From Candidatus Woesearchaeota archaeon (GTDB taxonomy: Archaea > Nanobdellota > Nanobdellia > Woesearchaeales > WJIZ01): a stretch of 64,000 nt of DNA. The notes beneath the pieces were generated by a model that was given only the letters and a program-made list of their open reading frames with translations, had not been told where the DNA came from and made no database searches. The position numbers and the translations under genes were made by a program. Where the stretch lies: assembly GCA_018221205.1 (NCBI GenBank), contig JAAOYF010000046.1, positions 1,999 to 65,998 of the forward strand. The letters run 5' to 3'. This document shows positions 34,664 to 43,862 of this stretch, in pieces. The number at the start of each line of letters is the position of its first letter. Positions within the stretch are counted from its first letter, which is position 1.

Positions 34664-35875
34664 GTGGTGAAGCATATGCGGCATAAGTTCATAGCATGGC
34701 TGTTGATGATTTTCATAGTCTCAAGTATGGCCTTTGCTATAGGAGTTTCTCCTGTCAGGAAAGTCATTGACTTTGAGCCCAATAAAGAAGTTGAATTGGA
34801 CCTTTTGATCAGGAATGATGCTGGATTCGATATCAAAGCATTAGTGTATGCACGAGGAGAATTAGCCGAGTATATCGGCATCAAAGACTCTCTTATGACT
34901 GTAACGAAGGAAGAGTCGCAGAAGAAAGCACGATATGTCATGAAGATGCCTGCTGCTTTTGAAAAACCAGGAGTGCATAAGACAGATCTTGTTGTTGTGG
35001 AGTATCCGAGTTCATTCGGCCAGGAAGGCGAGACTGCTGTTACTGCAACTGCCTCTGTGGTCACTGAGCTATGGGTCAGAGTGCCATTCCCAGGGAAATA
35101 TGCTGAAGCTGACCTCACGATCGACTCAAAAGAGGACAAGGTAGACTTCTACATCAATGTGCTGAACTTCGGCAAGGACGATATCAAAGAAGCAAAAGCT
35201 ACTATCAAGATATTAGGAGCGACGTATGAAGAGATCGCTGCTGTCGAAACACAAACAATCAGTATCAAAGCGCAGGATCAGGCACAATTGATCACTAGCT
35301 GGATCCCTAATGTCAATCCTGGAAGATATCATGCGATCGCTGAGATCGAGTATGACGGCAAGAAGATCATCTTAGAGAAGAACTTTGAGGTCGGGAAGCT
35401 GTATATCGAGATCAAGCGGATAGATGTCAAGGATTTCAATTTGGGAGATGTCGCTGTATTCGATATCCTCTTGTTGAGCCATTGGAACGAGATGATCCCT
35501 GATGTGTATGGCGAGATGACAGTCCTTGATGCAGACGGAACTGAATATACTAAATTCAAGACAGCCTCTGTTGATGTCGCTGCACAAGAAGAAGCCACTT
35601 TGAAAGCGTTCTGGGACACTGAAGGTATCACTGTCGGCACGTATACCTTACGGTTATTGATCCATTATGCTCAACGCGTTACAGAGAAATTGATTGATAC
35701 AGAAGTGAACATCGATTCTATCACCACTGAACTAGGTCCGACAGCCCAGGTTGTGGCTGAGGAAGGTATTGATCGAGATACTGTCCTCACTGTCCTGGTC
35801 ATCATCTTAGTTATCATCAATATTGTGTGGTTTGTGTACTTCATGAAATCAAAGAAGAAAGGTAAGAAAAAATGA
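34664..35875 (+). CDS. Secreted/membrane Ig-like beta-sandwich protein with a signal peptide and a C-terminal TM helix plus Lys-rich tail; paralogs at 43863 and 46948
   Basis: N-terminal IAWLLMIFIVSSMAFAIGVSP and C-terminal VLTVLVIILVIINIVWFVYFMKSKKKGKKK. Collinear similarity to 43863-45041 (RYHAIAEIEYDGKK...NWNEMIPDVYGEMTVLDADG vs IYRAEAEIDYGGKN...NWNEEIKNVYAELKVKQGEQ). Confidence 0.65.
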   Translation: MVKHMRHKFIAWLLMIFIVSSMAFAIGVSPVRKVIDFEPNKEVELDLLIRNDAGFDIKALVYARGELAEYIGIKDSLMTVTKEESQKKARYVMKMPAAFEKPGVHKTDLVVVEYPSSFGQEGETAVTATASVVTELWVRVPFPGKYAEADLTIDSKEDKVDFYINVLNFGKDDIKEAKATIKILGATYEEIAAVETQTISIKAQDQAQLITSWIPNVNPGRYHAIAEIEYDGKKIILEKNFEVGKLYIEIKRIDVKDFNLGDVAVFDILLLSHWNEMIPDVYGEMTVLDADGTEYTKFKTASVDVAAQEEATLKAFWDTEGITVGTYTLRLLIHYAQRVTEKLIDTEVNIDSITTELGPTAQVVAEEGIDRDTVLTVLVIILVIINIVWFVYFMKSKKKGKKK

Positions 35876-35884
35876 CAAATATAG

Positions 35885-36055
35885 ATACTTACATATCAGG
35901 AGAGATTTTTGCCCGTTCCCTACGGTCACTTAAAAATCTCGTAAAATGCACTCTAGTGAGACATCGCTATCGCGAGTCTCACGGACTAGATACTTACATA
36001 TTAGGTAGTCGAGGTGAGATTGTAAGAGTATCAGATAACTTACAAATTAGATAAT
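35885..36055 (+). promoter_or_regulatory. Three copies of the ATACTTACA-N-TAGG motif upstream of the cassette-2 regulator
   Basis: ATACTTACATATCAGG at 35885-35900, ATACTTACATATTAGGTAG at 35989-36008 and ATAACTTACAAATTAGATAAT at 36034-36055, the last abutting the ATG at 36056. Confidence 0.55.
35902..35949 (+). repeat. Conserved 48-nt palindromic intergenic element, copy 1 (GAGATTTTT-gcccgttccctacggtcactt-AAAAATCTC-GTAAAATGC), followed by a second hairpin at 35955-35981
   Basis: A near-identical block lies at 46310-46358. It has a perfect 9-nt inverted repeat (GAGATTTTT/AAAAATCTC) with inner CCGT/ACGG pairing. The downstream GTGAGAC-N13-GTCTCAC is another inverted repeat. Confidence 0.6.
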
Positions 36056-36610
36056 ATGTTAAAAGACTTGAAAGAGCAGAAAGAGAAGAGGCTTGGTAAA
36101 GTGTATCTGCAGGAAAAGTCCTCTTTAGTGAAGCTAGACAGCCTGTTCTCTGAACTCTCTCAAAAGTATGGCATGGATTATCAAAATGTCGCTCAATTAT
36201 TGAGAAGATTCCAGAGCTATCTCACTATCCCTGCTTCATTGTTCAAGACACGAGTGAGTCCTTTGGAAGCAGTTGTATTATTCTTACACCTTAAGTATAA
36301 GTGTACACAGACACAGATGGCTGAAATCCTTCATAGAGACCATACGACTATCTGGACTACGCTAGATAATGCCTGGAAGAAGACAACCAAAGCACAATTT
36401 CTGCAAAGCATTGAGGAAAGCGAGATATTGATCCCTGTCCACCTGTTATCAAATAGAAGATTGAGCATCTTAGAGGTTGTTGCCTCTTATATCAAAGATA
36501 AATATAGTCTGAAATATCGGGAGATTGCTACTTTATTAGATCGGGATGATCGGACTGTCTGGACTGTTATCGATAGAGCCAGAAAAAAGCTTATAAAGAA
36601 TAGACGATGA
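36056..36610 (+). CDS. Cassette-2 regulator with tandem sigma-70 r4 / HTH_10-like HTH units (paralog of 5659 and 46478)
   Basis: VSPLEAVVLFLHLKYKCTQTQMAEILHRDHTTIWTTLDNAWKK and LSILEVVASYIKDKYSLKYREIATLLDRDDRTVWTVIDRARKKL. There is an ATGA overlap with giant-2. Confidence 0.65.
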   Translation: MLKDLKEQKEKRLGKVYLQEKSSLVKLDSLFSELSQKYGMDYQNVAQLLRRFQSYLTIPASLFKTRVSPLEAVVLFLHLKYKCTQTQMAEILHRDHTTIWTTLDNAWKKTTKAQFLQSIEESEILIPVHLLSNRRLSILEVVASYIKDKYSLKYREIATLLDRDDRTVWTVIDRARKKLIKNRR

Positions 36611-39600
36611 GAATAAAGAATATGAAAAAATTTATGTATTCTCTAGTATTTTTGATATTAATCGGCTTTGTTTCTGCAACTCCTGTCGATGATGTCCGGA
36701 ATATGCCGGCTAATTCATGGATGGAAGTCCAGAATACGCTTCTTGATGATTTGCCTCTTCCTGTGCCTGAGCGCAGTCCACCAGGTGTGACCAATAGGCA
36801 AGCAGTCATAGATGCATGGAATAGCGGCGTCCTTACAGGCAATTATCTGCTGATCTGGGGAGGCGGGCATGGTGATTATAATGGTGACGAAGTATATGGA
36901 TTCAATCTACAGACAGGATCATTAGAACAGCTGAGCATACCTTCTTCTGATCCAATAATTGACGGAACAAACCCCAATAATGAGATGCAATATCCTGATG
37001 GGGGTCCTGTAGCTATGCATTCTTATGATAATATAGCCCATGATGGTAATGGTAATATGATACTGCTGCCTCAATCAGCAGGATGGAGAGGAGCTTTTGA
37101 AACTGATATTGTAATGAGATGGAATGTTGCTAAGAAAGGACAAGCCGGAAGTTCTTGGGATAGACTAGCAGATTCATCAAGTTATACAAGTTTTAATGAT
37201 AGGGCTCAAGACGCAGTAAGTGGTTTTGATGGTGACCATACCATATGGACCCATACTTCAGTGAGTGCAGGAAGATTAAGAAAATTCGATCTTTATGATA
37301 ACTCATGGACTGTCTATCGTAATGATGGAGCATGGCAAGGTGGTGATTCCGCGATAGGAACCATAGATACATTAAGAAACTTATTTGTTGTACATACAAC
37401 GGTAGGAATGTTTATTCAGGACTTATCAAGACCCAATGATCCTTTTATCAGACCCACTTCTGTCGGAGATACTAATCTATATCAAAATTATGGCATCGGT
37501 TTTGAATACAATCCTGATGATGGATTGATATATGCTTGGCGTGGAACAAATAATGTCTATCAATTAAGCATTTCTCAGGATTTACAAACAGTAACATGGA
37601 CTGAAGTTATAGGATCAGGTGATACGGCCCCAATTACCGGAACTAAAGATCCTAATGGGGATGATCGTTATATCGGCGGACGATTTAGGTATTGGCCTCA
37701 AGAAAAAGTTTTTGTATTATGGAATAACGCTTATGAAAATATTTATGTTTATAACCCACCCAGTATTATTGAAAAAGACCCAATAGATGCAATTATTAAT
37801 AATGCAGAACCTAATAGTTGGGTTAGACTTACTAATACTAAACTAAGTGATTATAATCCAGAAGATGATCCTAATACAAATCCTAATTTTCCAGATCTTG
37901 CTTCATGGCATGCTGTAAGTGGACAGAGAGGAATTTATGCTTATAGTGGAGCAACTTTTGCTCCTGATTATAATTACTTATTGGTTTTTGGAGGAGGACA
38001 TAATGATTATGCAGGTAATGAACTTTATGCTTTTGATGTTCTTAATATGAAATGGGAAAGACTTACAGATCCAGCAAATGCTTTGTATGATGCTATGCCT
38101 AGTTGCACTTATTATGATCCTTATGGACAAAGAAATATAACCTCTTCTTACAGACTTTTTGAATCATGCGGATATTATTCTAATGAAGCATTTGATGTTA
38201 CTTCAGTGCCTGATGAAGACAGAAATTTTAGGGAAACATGTCCTACAACACTGATTAGAGATAAATGTTTTGAAGAACCTTATGCTAGTTTACTTGATTT
38301 AGAAAATAATCCTCAACCTAGATCCCGTCATAGTAATGATTATCTGGTTTATTTACCTCAAATAAAAAGTTTTTGTTCTATAGGTGGAGGGGCTTTTTAT
38401 CAATATGCACATGGAGCTCCTTATATTGATTGTTATAGTTTAGAAACTAAAAAGTGGACTGCCAGAGCTTTTACTGATGTTCCTTATGGAAGTCATAATG
38501 CAGCTGTAGATTCAGAAGGAAATATTTGGACTCATGGAATAGGAACTAATGGAAGATTAGCAAAACTTGATACTTCAACTAATACTTGGACTCCACACAC
38601 AATTCACCCTTGGGGTTGGTGGAATTATGGAACTACTTTAAGAATTGACACTAATAATAATAATGCTTATTCTTTAGGGAGTGATCCTAGAAATAGTGGT
38701 AAAGCAATATTAGTAAAATGGGATCTTGATAATCCTAATAATCCTTTAGAAGAATTAGATTACACTTCACCTCCAGAAATGCCATTATTCAGTGCAGATA
38801 GTTTTGAATTTCATCCTGCTTCAGGAAAATTCTTCGCTTATGTAAATGGAAAAGATGTATATGTATTAGATGTAAATACTTTAGAATTCACAAAATATAT
38901 TGGCAGTGGAGAAGAACCAGCTATTGAAACAGATTATTATGGGAATAAATTCCCTGTATATGGAAGGTTTAGATATGTTCCTTCAAAAAACATTTTTGTA
39001 TTAGCAGGAGCAGTAACTGATGATGTATTTATTTATATTCCTCCAATAAATTTTGATCCACCACCATTACAATGCAATGATAATGATGTTAGACAGTGTG
39101 GAGTGACTGATATAGGACCTTGCCAGTATGGGACACAGACGTGTTCAAATGAGCAATGGGGGAGCTGTACTGGAGCAATCAATCCTGTTGCAGAGGTCTG
39201 TGATGATGGAGTGGATAATGATTGTGATACTGATACTGATAGTGCTGATTCTGATTGTCAAGTCTGCGAATGCTCTGATGCCCTTTGCGAGGCTGGAGAT
39301 ACTGGAATGGTTTGTGATGGATGTAATTATGTAGCTGCACCTCCTGAACTTTGTGATGATCAGCTTGATAATAACTGCGACGGCCAGACAGATGAAGGCT
39401 GCATTGCAGGCTGTTTTGCTGAGGATGTCGATCAGAATGGAAATGTAGGTATAGCTGATCTGCAGCAGATTGCACTTGCTTTTGGCACTTCTCCACCCTC
39501 AAATGTTCGAGCGGATATCAATGGAGATAATAAAGTCGGATTGCTTGATATCAGAGACGTTGTCATGAAATTCGGGCAAACAAGTAGCTGTGCACCTATT

Positions 39601-42600
39601 GATAATGATCAAGATGGTTATGCGAGCGATGTTGATTGCAATGATGACGATGATACAGTCTATCCTGGAGCACCTGAAATATGTAATGACGGCATTGACC
39701 AAGATTGTGATGGATCAGATGATATCTGCCCTGATCCAGGAGATCTCAATGCGCTGCTTGTTGTTGATGAGACTCTTCCTTGTATTCAAAGAGGTAATCG
39801 GGACTCAGAAGGACTTTGCATCGGAGGCACTGAAGCAGGCATCTCCAGGAGTGGAGAATTGGTGAGTTTCGGCGTGCCGTTGTATGATGAAGAAGGGATC
39901 ACTTCAGCAGACCAGCTCGGTCTTTTAGGAACATCCGCTTATCAAATCCATGAGCTTGAACGGTATGATTCTGGAAATCTTATGTGGGTATTAGTAAGTA
40001 CACTTGCTGATGTTCCTGCAGGTGGACAGACCAGTTTTACGTTGACAGGCGGCAGCGGCAAAGCAGGTGGAGCAGATCTTGCTATCGAGGGTGTCTCTAC
40101 TATCACCATCAATACGGGGACAGCACAATTTGTCCTCAATAAAGATCATTTCAATGTTCTTGATAGTGTTACAGTCAATGGGCAGAATCTTGTTTCTTCT
40201 GGACATGACAAAGGATTGGTCTTGGTAGATGGTACAGGCAAAGAATGGTGGGCGTATGATTCTGCAACAGAATTTACTATTATGGAGAATGGTCCTGTGA
40301 AGGCATTGATCAAGGCGAAAGGAAGATTTACTGATAATCAAGGAACACTTGGACCATTTGGCTGGACTTTATACATGACGTTCATCAAAGATTCCGGACA
40401 GGTGAAGATGAGTGCAGAATTGAGGAATGCCTATGAGGATGTCTGGGCCAATCAGCAGTTCCAATCATTTGAGATTATCCTACCGACGACTCTATCGGGC
40501 GCTTTAACCTACACCTTCCCGACGAATAGCGAGACCTATACGGGTACGGTGAACGGCAAAGCATACTTGTATCAGGGATTGTGCAATCTACACGCTGGAG
40601 GGGATGCTTGGCAGGTTCCGGGACACTATGCAGACAGTTCTGTCAATGAATCAACTGATCGTGGCACTAAAGTAGTCAATGGTGGAACCATCATCAAGGA
40701 CGTAACGGATGATCCTGAAGTCAGAACTGACTGCGTCACTGGTTGGGGCAGTTTTGAAGGGCAGAATGGAGGTATCACTGCTTCCTATCTTCATATGTAT
40801 GCTTATTTTCCTAGTGCATTTGAGTTTGCAGATGATGGGACTTTGACCATAGGCTTATTCTCATCGAGGATGATTGATAAGGATTATAATGTCTTTGATT
40901 GGGGTGTGCATGCTAATCGAGATATCCTTCTGGATTTCCATACTTCTCCTCAAGACAATGATGCTATTTGGGCAGCACTCAACAGGCCTCTCTTCGGAAG
41001 AGCACTCTGGGATCGATATAGTCTAAGCAGTGCTATCCTGGGTAAGAAGGGCTTTGCAAGCTCCCAGGAGCAAAAGGAAATCTTCGATGAGTATGGTTGG
41101 ACATTTTATGGAGATCCTGGATGGTATCGCGAGAATGATGATCTTTCAATCCTCAGATGGTATAGCCATAGCAAAGGAGGAGGAGACAATCAGAGAGATT
41201 CATCTTTTGCTGACTTTCTCGATTACTGGCGAACAGGTCATGGAGGCTATCTCTTGAATGGGTTGCAAAATTCTTTATTTAGATCTGATGAATACATGAG
41301 GCCTACCGATGGTTTTGATCCTCGATATAAATTCGAACCAGATCCTCAAAGCTGGCTGTACGATGATTATGATACTTCTGCAGGCAGGGCGATGAATGGG
41401 GGATATTATAATAAGATGGAGCGCGATAGTGAACATGGCCTGCGTTTCCAGAGCCTTGCTCTTGCGTATTATCTTACTGGCGACGAACGTTATTGGGAAG
41501 GATTGCTTGATGGCTTTGAAGGTTATTTCTCCTCTTCAGAATGGACTGATCATGGCATGAGCATCTGGAGCAGAAGCGGAGCATCTGCTGCGTATATCGG
41601 AGCATTAGCCCATGAGATCACTGGTGATAGCGCTTATCTTGACAGGCAAGTTAATCAGAGGATGAACGCTTTCTTGGGCAATGTCAATCAATATCCTGAG
41701 CTGCCTCGATGGGGATTCAGCAAACAACGAGGAAGCATGATTGCCAGTGGAGGAGATTATCCCCTTATCGAGAATCCTATTGAAGGATCGATGGAAGGAG
41801 ACATAGCTATTGATGATGGAACAGCACATCTTAAAGTAGAATGGTTCTCAAATACACCAGATACCTATTATAGTAGTTCATGGTTTGATTTTACTGTTAC
41901 GCTTAGTAATATCTCAGGTAATGCTACTGCTAATTTGACCTATCGTATTGAACGACCAGGGTTGGTCTTTGAAACTATTGATGATCCTCATGCACCTGGG
42001 GCAGATAGCTATGAAGTAAGGATCTATACTGATTCTGAACTAGATTTAGGGTCTTACACGTTTTCGGTCTTGAAAGAGGATATAGTAATCCTCAGCACAA
42101 CTCTTGATCTTGATGTGAAGCAGTATTCTCATGGGTTGTTCATCCATACCTATCATCCACCAGCTTTCCTAGAGGTGGTGAACAGGGTGCCTAAAGATTA
42201 TATCTTCATGCATGAGAAATACTATCCTGGACAGAGCCTTACACTTGAAGATGTGCGTGATACTGCTATTGGTATGGCCTACTATAACATCTTTGATGGT
42301 ATGGTATACCCTGAAGATGCTGACTTTGATCCGGGAGTGGCAAGAGGCCTTCCGTATGCCCGTAACACCAGATGGGTCTACGATTTCGCCGCTGCTCCAC
42401 TGCTTGCGTATACATATACTGGTGATACAGAATTCCTTGTCAGAGGGGCCAGGCTTGCTGTTGCATTAGCTAATGGTGATGGGGCACAGACATGGAGGAC
42501 GCATGCGAATCCTGACTTGCTCCAGCTTCTGTACTTAGTGAAACATCCTAATGAGGTAGTTGTTGGAGAAGTCGATCTTACTGTTCAGCAGAATGGAGGT

Positions 42601-42864
42601 AGTTATACTATGAGTTGGACCGCTCCAGCAGGTGCGAAGGAGTATCAACTCAAATATTATGATAGGCCATTGGTCGATAACCTTTATTATGATGCTGCAA
42701 CTGATAGTTATCAATATGACCCCAGCCAGTATTGGGCGTTCTGGGGAGCGTATAATACTGATCAGGAACCAATCCCAGCTGTAGCAGGCACTAGCCAACA
42801 AATCACTCTTTCAAATCTCGAATGTGGAAGCAGTTGCCATTTCATGATGAGATATTACGGATAA
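36607..42864 (+). CDS. Giant-2, a 2085-aa secreted protein with a signal peptide, two Kelch/galactose-oxidase-like beta-propellers, Cys-rich CxDxDxDG motifs flanking a dockerin module, a ~900-aa domain of unknown function and a C-terminal FN3-like domain
   Basis: MKKFMYSLVFLILIGFVSA signal peptide. GGGHGDYNGDEVYGFNLQTG and GGGHNDYAGNELYAFDVLNMKWERL are Kelch-like blades. CDDGVDNDCDTDTDSADSDC and CNDGIDQDCDGSDDICP are Cys-rich motifs. The dockerin runs 39421-39580. The true start may be the ATG at 36625. Confidence 0.85.
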   Translation: MRIKNMKKFMYSLVFLILIGFVSATPVDDVRNMPANSWMEVQNTLLDDLPLPVPERSPPGVTNRQAVIDAWNSGVLTGNYLLIWGGGHGDYNGDEVYGFNLQTGSLEQLSIPSSDPIIDGTNPNNEMQYPDGGPVAMHSYDNIAHDGNGNMILLPQSAGWRGAFETDIVMRWNVAKKGQAGSSWDRLADSSSYTSFNDRAQDAVSGFDGDHTIWTHTSVSAGRLRKFDLYDNSWTVYRNDGAWQGGDSAIGTIDTLRNLFVVHTTVGMFIQDLSRPNDPFIRPTSVGDTNLYQNYGIGFEYNPDDGLIYAWRGTNNVYQLSISQDLQTVTWTEVIGSGDTAPITGTKDPNGDDRYIGGRFRYWPQEKVFVLWNNAYENIYVYNPPSIIEKDPIDAIINNAEPNSWVRLTNTKLSDYNPEDDPNTNPNFPDLASWHAVSGQRGIYAYSGATFAPDYNYLLVFGGGHNDYAGNELYAFDVLNMKWERLTDPANALYDAMPSCTYYDPYGQRNITSSYRLFESCGYYSNEAFDVTSVPDEDRNFRETCPTTLIRDKCFEEPYASLLDLENNPQPRSRHSNDYLVYLPQIKSFCSIGGGAFYQYAHGAPYIDCYSLETKKWTARAFTDVPYGSHNAAVDSEGNIWTHGIGTNGRLAKLDTSTNTWTPHTIHPWGWWNYGTTLRIDTNNNNAYSLGSDPRNSGKAILVKWDLDNPNNPLEELDYTSPPEMPLFSADSFEFHPASGKFFAYVNGKDVYVLDVNTLEFTKYIGSGEEPAIETDYYGNKFPVYGRFRYVPSKNIFVLAGAVTDDVFIYIPPINFDPPPLQCNDNDVRQCGVTDIGPCQYGTQTCSNEQWGSCTGAINPVAEVCDDGVDNDCDTDTDSADSDCQVCECSDALCEAGDTGMVCDGCNYVAAPPELCDDQLDNNCDGQTDEGCIAGCFAEDVDQNGNVGIADLQQIALAFGTSPPSNVRADINGDNKVGLLDIRDVVMKFGQTSSCAPIDNDQDGYASDVDCNDDDDTVYPGAPEICNDGIDQDCDGSDDICPDPGDLNALLVVDETLPCIQRGNRDSEGLCIGGTEAGISRSGELVSFGVPLYDEEGITSADQLGLLGTSAYQIHELERYDSGNLMWVLVSTLADVPAGGQTSFTLTGGSGKAGGADLAIEGVSTITINTGTAQFVLNKDHFNVLDSVTVNGQNLVSSGHDKGLVLVDGTGKEWWAYDSATEFTIMENGPVKALIKAKGRFTDNQGTLGPFGWTLYMTFIKDSGQVKMSAELRNAYEDVWANQQFQSFEIILPTTLSGALTYTFPTNSETYTGTVNGKAYLYQGLCNLHAGGDAWQVPGHYADSSVNESTDRGTKVVNGGTIIKDVTDDPEVRTDCVTGWGSFEGQNGGITASYLHMYAYFPSAFEFADDGTLTIGLFSSRMIDKDYNVFDWGVHANRDILLDFHTSPQDNDAIWAALNRPLFGRALWDRYSLSSAILGKKGFASSQEQKEIFDEYGWTFYGDPGWYRENDDLSILRWYSHSKGGGDNQRDSSFADFLDYWRTGHGGYLLNGLQNSLFRSDEYMRPTDGFDPRYKFEPDPQSWLYDDYDTSAGRAMNGGYYNKMERDSEHGLRFQSLALAYYLTGDERYWEGLLDGFEGYFSSSEWTDHGMSIWSRSGASAAYIGALAHEITGDSAYLDRQVNQRMNAFLGNVNQYPELPRWGFSKQRGSMIASGGDYPLIENPIEGSMEGDIAIDDGTAHLKVEWFSNTPDTYYSSSWFDFTVTLSNISGNATANLTYRIERPGLVFETIDDPHAPGADSYEVRIYTDSELDLGSYTFSVLKEDIVILSTTLDLDVKQYSHGLFIHTYHPPAFLEVVNRVPKDYIFMHEKYYPGQSLTLEDVRDTAIGMAYYNIFDGMVYPEDADFDPGVARGLPYARNTRWVYDFAAAPLLAYTYTGDTEFLVRGARLAVALANGDGAQTWRTHANPDLLQLLYLVKHPNEVVVGEVDLTVQQNGGSYTMSWTAPAGAKEYQLKYYDRPLVDNLYYDAATDSYQYDPSQYWAFWGAYNTDQEPIPAVAGTSQQITLSNLECGSSCHFMMRYYG
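39421..39580 (+). other. Dockerin type-I-like module with two F-hand Ca-binding repeats
   Basis: DVDQNGNVGIADLQQIALAFG and DINGDNKVGLLDIRDVVMKFG each fit the 12-residue loop D1-x-[DN]3-x-[DN]5-G-x-V8-x-x-x-D12 followed by a helix. The repeats start 30 residues apart, as in canonical dockerins. Confidence 0.65.
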
Positions 42865-42970
42865 ATTCAATAAGAAATTTATCCCATTATAATACCATTC
42901 ATGAGTTATGAAATCGAAATCTTTATAAATGAAGCATACTGGAATTAAAATAATAAAAAAGGGATAAACT

Positions 42971-43192
42971 ATGGACGAAAATGTATCGAGGAAAGCAGTT
43001 CTTGTTCTTGTTATCATTGCAGTTGTGGTAAGCATATTCAGCACAACTCTCGTATTAAATGCAGTCTATGATTATCAACCACCTGCACAACAGGATTATG
43101 GCGCACCACTCGGTAGAGTAGTGCTTTCTGTGCCTGGTGATCCATCAGGCACGGGCAAGGTCGTGCTATCAGTTCCGGAGGAGGAAAAATGA
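42971..43192 (+). CDS. Small membrane-anchored protein (N-terminal TM)
   Basis: MDENVSRKAVLVLVIIAVVVSIFSTTLVLNA then GRVVLSVPGDPSGTGKVVLSVPEE. It shares the R-x-L-[ST]-V-P-G motif with the next ORF. Confidence 0.4.
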   Translation: MDENVSRKAVLVLVIIAVVVSIFSTTLVLNAVYDYQPPAQQDYGAPLGRVVLSVPGDPSGTGKVVLSVPEEEK

Positions 43193-43854
43193 GAGAACTT
43201 TCAAATTCAAGTTTAGCATTAATGGTTGTACTGGCAATTGTCATCTCAGCGTTCGGCACCTTCATGAGCATGAGCAAGCTCAGTGAGATAGGGGGAGCTG
43301 TCGGTTTGACAGGATTCGCGACAACCGATACAGGAAGAGCTAACCTGACTGTTCCAGGGGGAGCATTCATCGTTGTCTTTGATGATGAGATAGACCTTCA
43401 TGTAATCCAGATCAATAAGACCAATGCCAGCGGCTATGGTGTCAATTGGGTCGATGATTGGTGGAGAATACAGAATGATGGCGGAGTGAACTTCAGCGTC
43501 GAAGTCTATATCGATGTCGCAAGCGGTCAACTTTCAGGATCAGGTACTTATTCAGGACAGAGAGGATGGGGCCCATTCAATTCGACAACAAGTGTCGCTA
43601 CAGGATGTGTGGATCCAACCGAGGTTTTACATACTTGTTTCCGAGTCAAATGTAACAGCACAGACTCTGGTGATCAATGCAATAATACCTATTATTCAAT
43701 CTATAATAAATCAGGACAGGCTGTTTTGCTCAATGATCTGAGCTATATCGATGGGAGCGACATCGCCAGCTTCGGTATCAATGCGACTGTCCCTCCTGGC
43801 GAACCTGCAGGGACAAAAATCCAGTTTGTCACGTTCGAAGCAGCAGAATCATAA
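43189..43854 (+). CDS. Membrane-anchored secreted protein of unknown function (N-terminal TM)
   Basis: MRELSNSSLALMVVLAIVISAFGTF then GRANLTVPGGAFIVVFDD. Beta-rich with N-x-S/T sequons. Its start overlaps the stop of the previous ORF. Confidence 0.45.
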   Translation: MRELSNSSLALMVVLAIVISAFGTFMSMSKLSEIGGAVGLTGFATTDTGRANLTVPGGAFIVVFDDEIDLHVIQINKTNASGYGVNWVDDWWRIQNDGGVNFSVEVYIDVASGQLSGSGTYSGQRGWGPFNSTTSVATGCVDPTEVLHTCFRVKCNSTDSGDQCNNTYYSIYNKSGQAVLLNDLSYIDGSDIASFGINATVPPGEPAGTKIQFVTFEAAES

Positions 43855-43862
43855 AATGAAAA

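Noticed and set aside
33712-34686. 324-aa plus-strand ORF immediately after giant-1
   Set aside because: It is antisense to the entire RHH-RHH-PIN operon, which has clear domain signatures on the minus strand. Its translation is low-complexity (SN-rich) with no motif. It is an ORF-track artefact.
35872-36054. 60-aa ORF (MTNIDTYISGEIFARSLRSL...)
   Set aside because: It runs straight across the conserved palindromic non-coding element and the TACTTACA motif copies. Its reading frame is not conserved in the second copy of the element at 46310, so it is non-coding.
42859-42886. Inverted repeat GGATAAATT-N8-AAATTTATCC spanning the giant-2 stop codon, as a terminator
   Set aside because: It is an AT-only 9-bp stem with one mismatch and no following T-tract. 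It is weak and could arise by chance in AT-rich DNA, so it was not listed as a feature.
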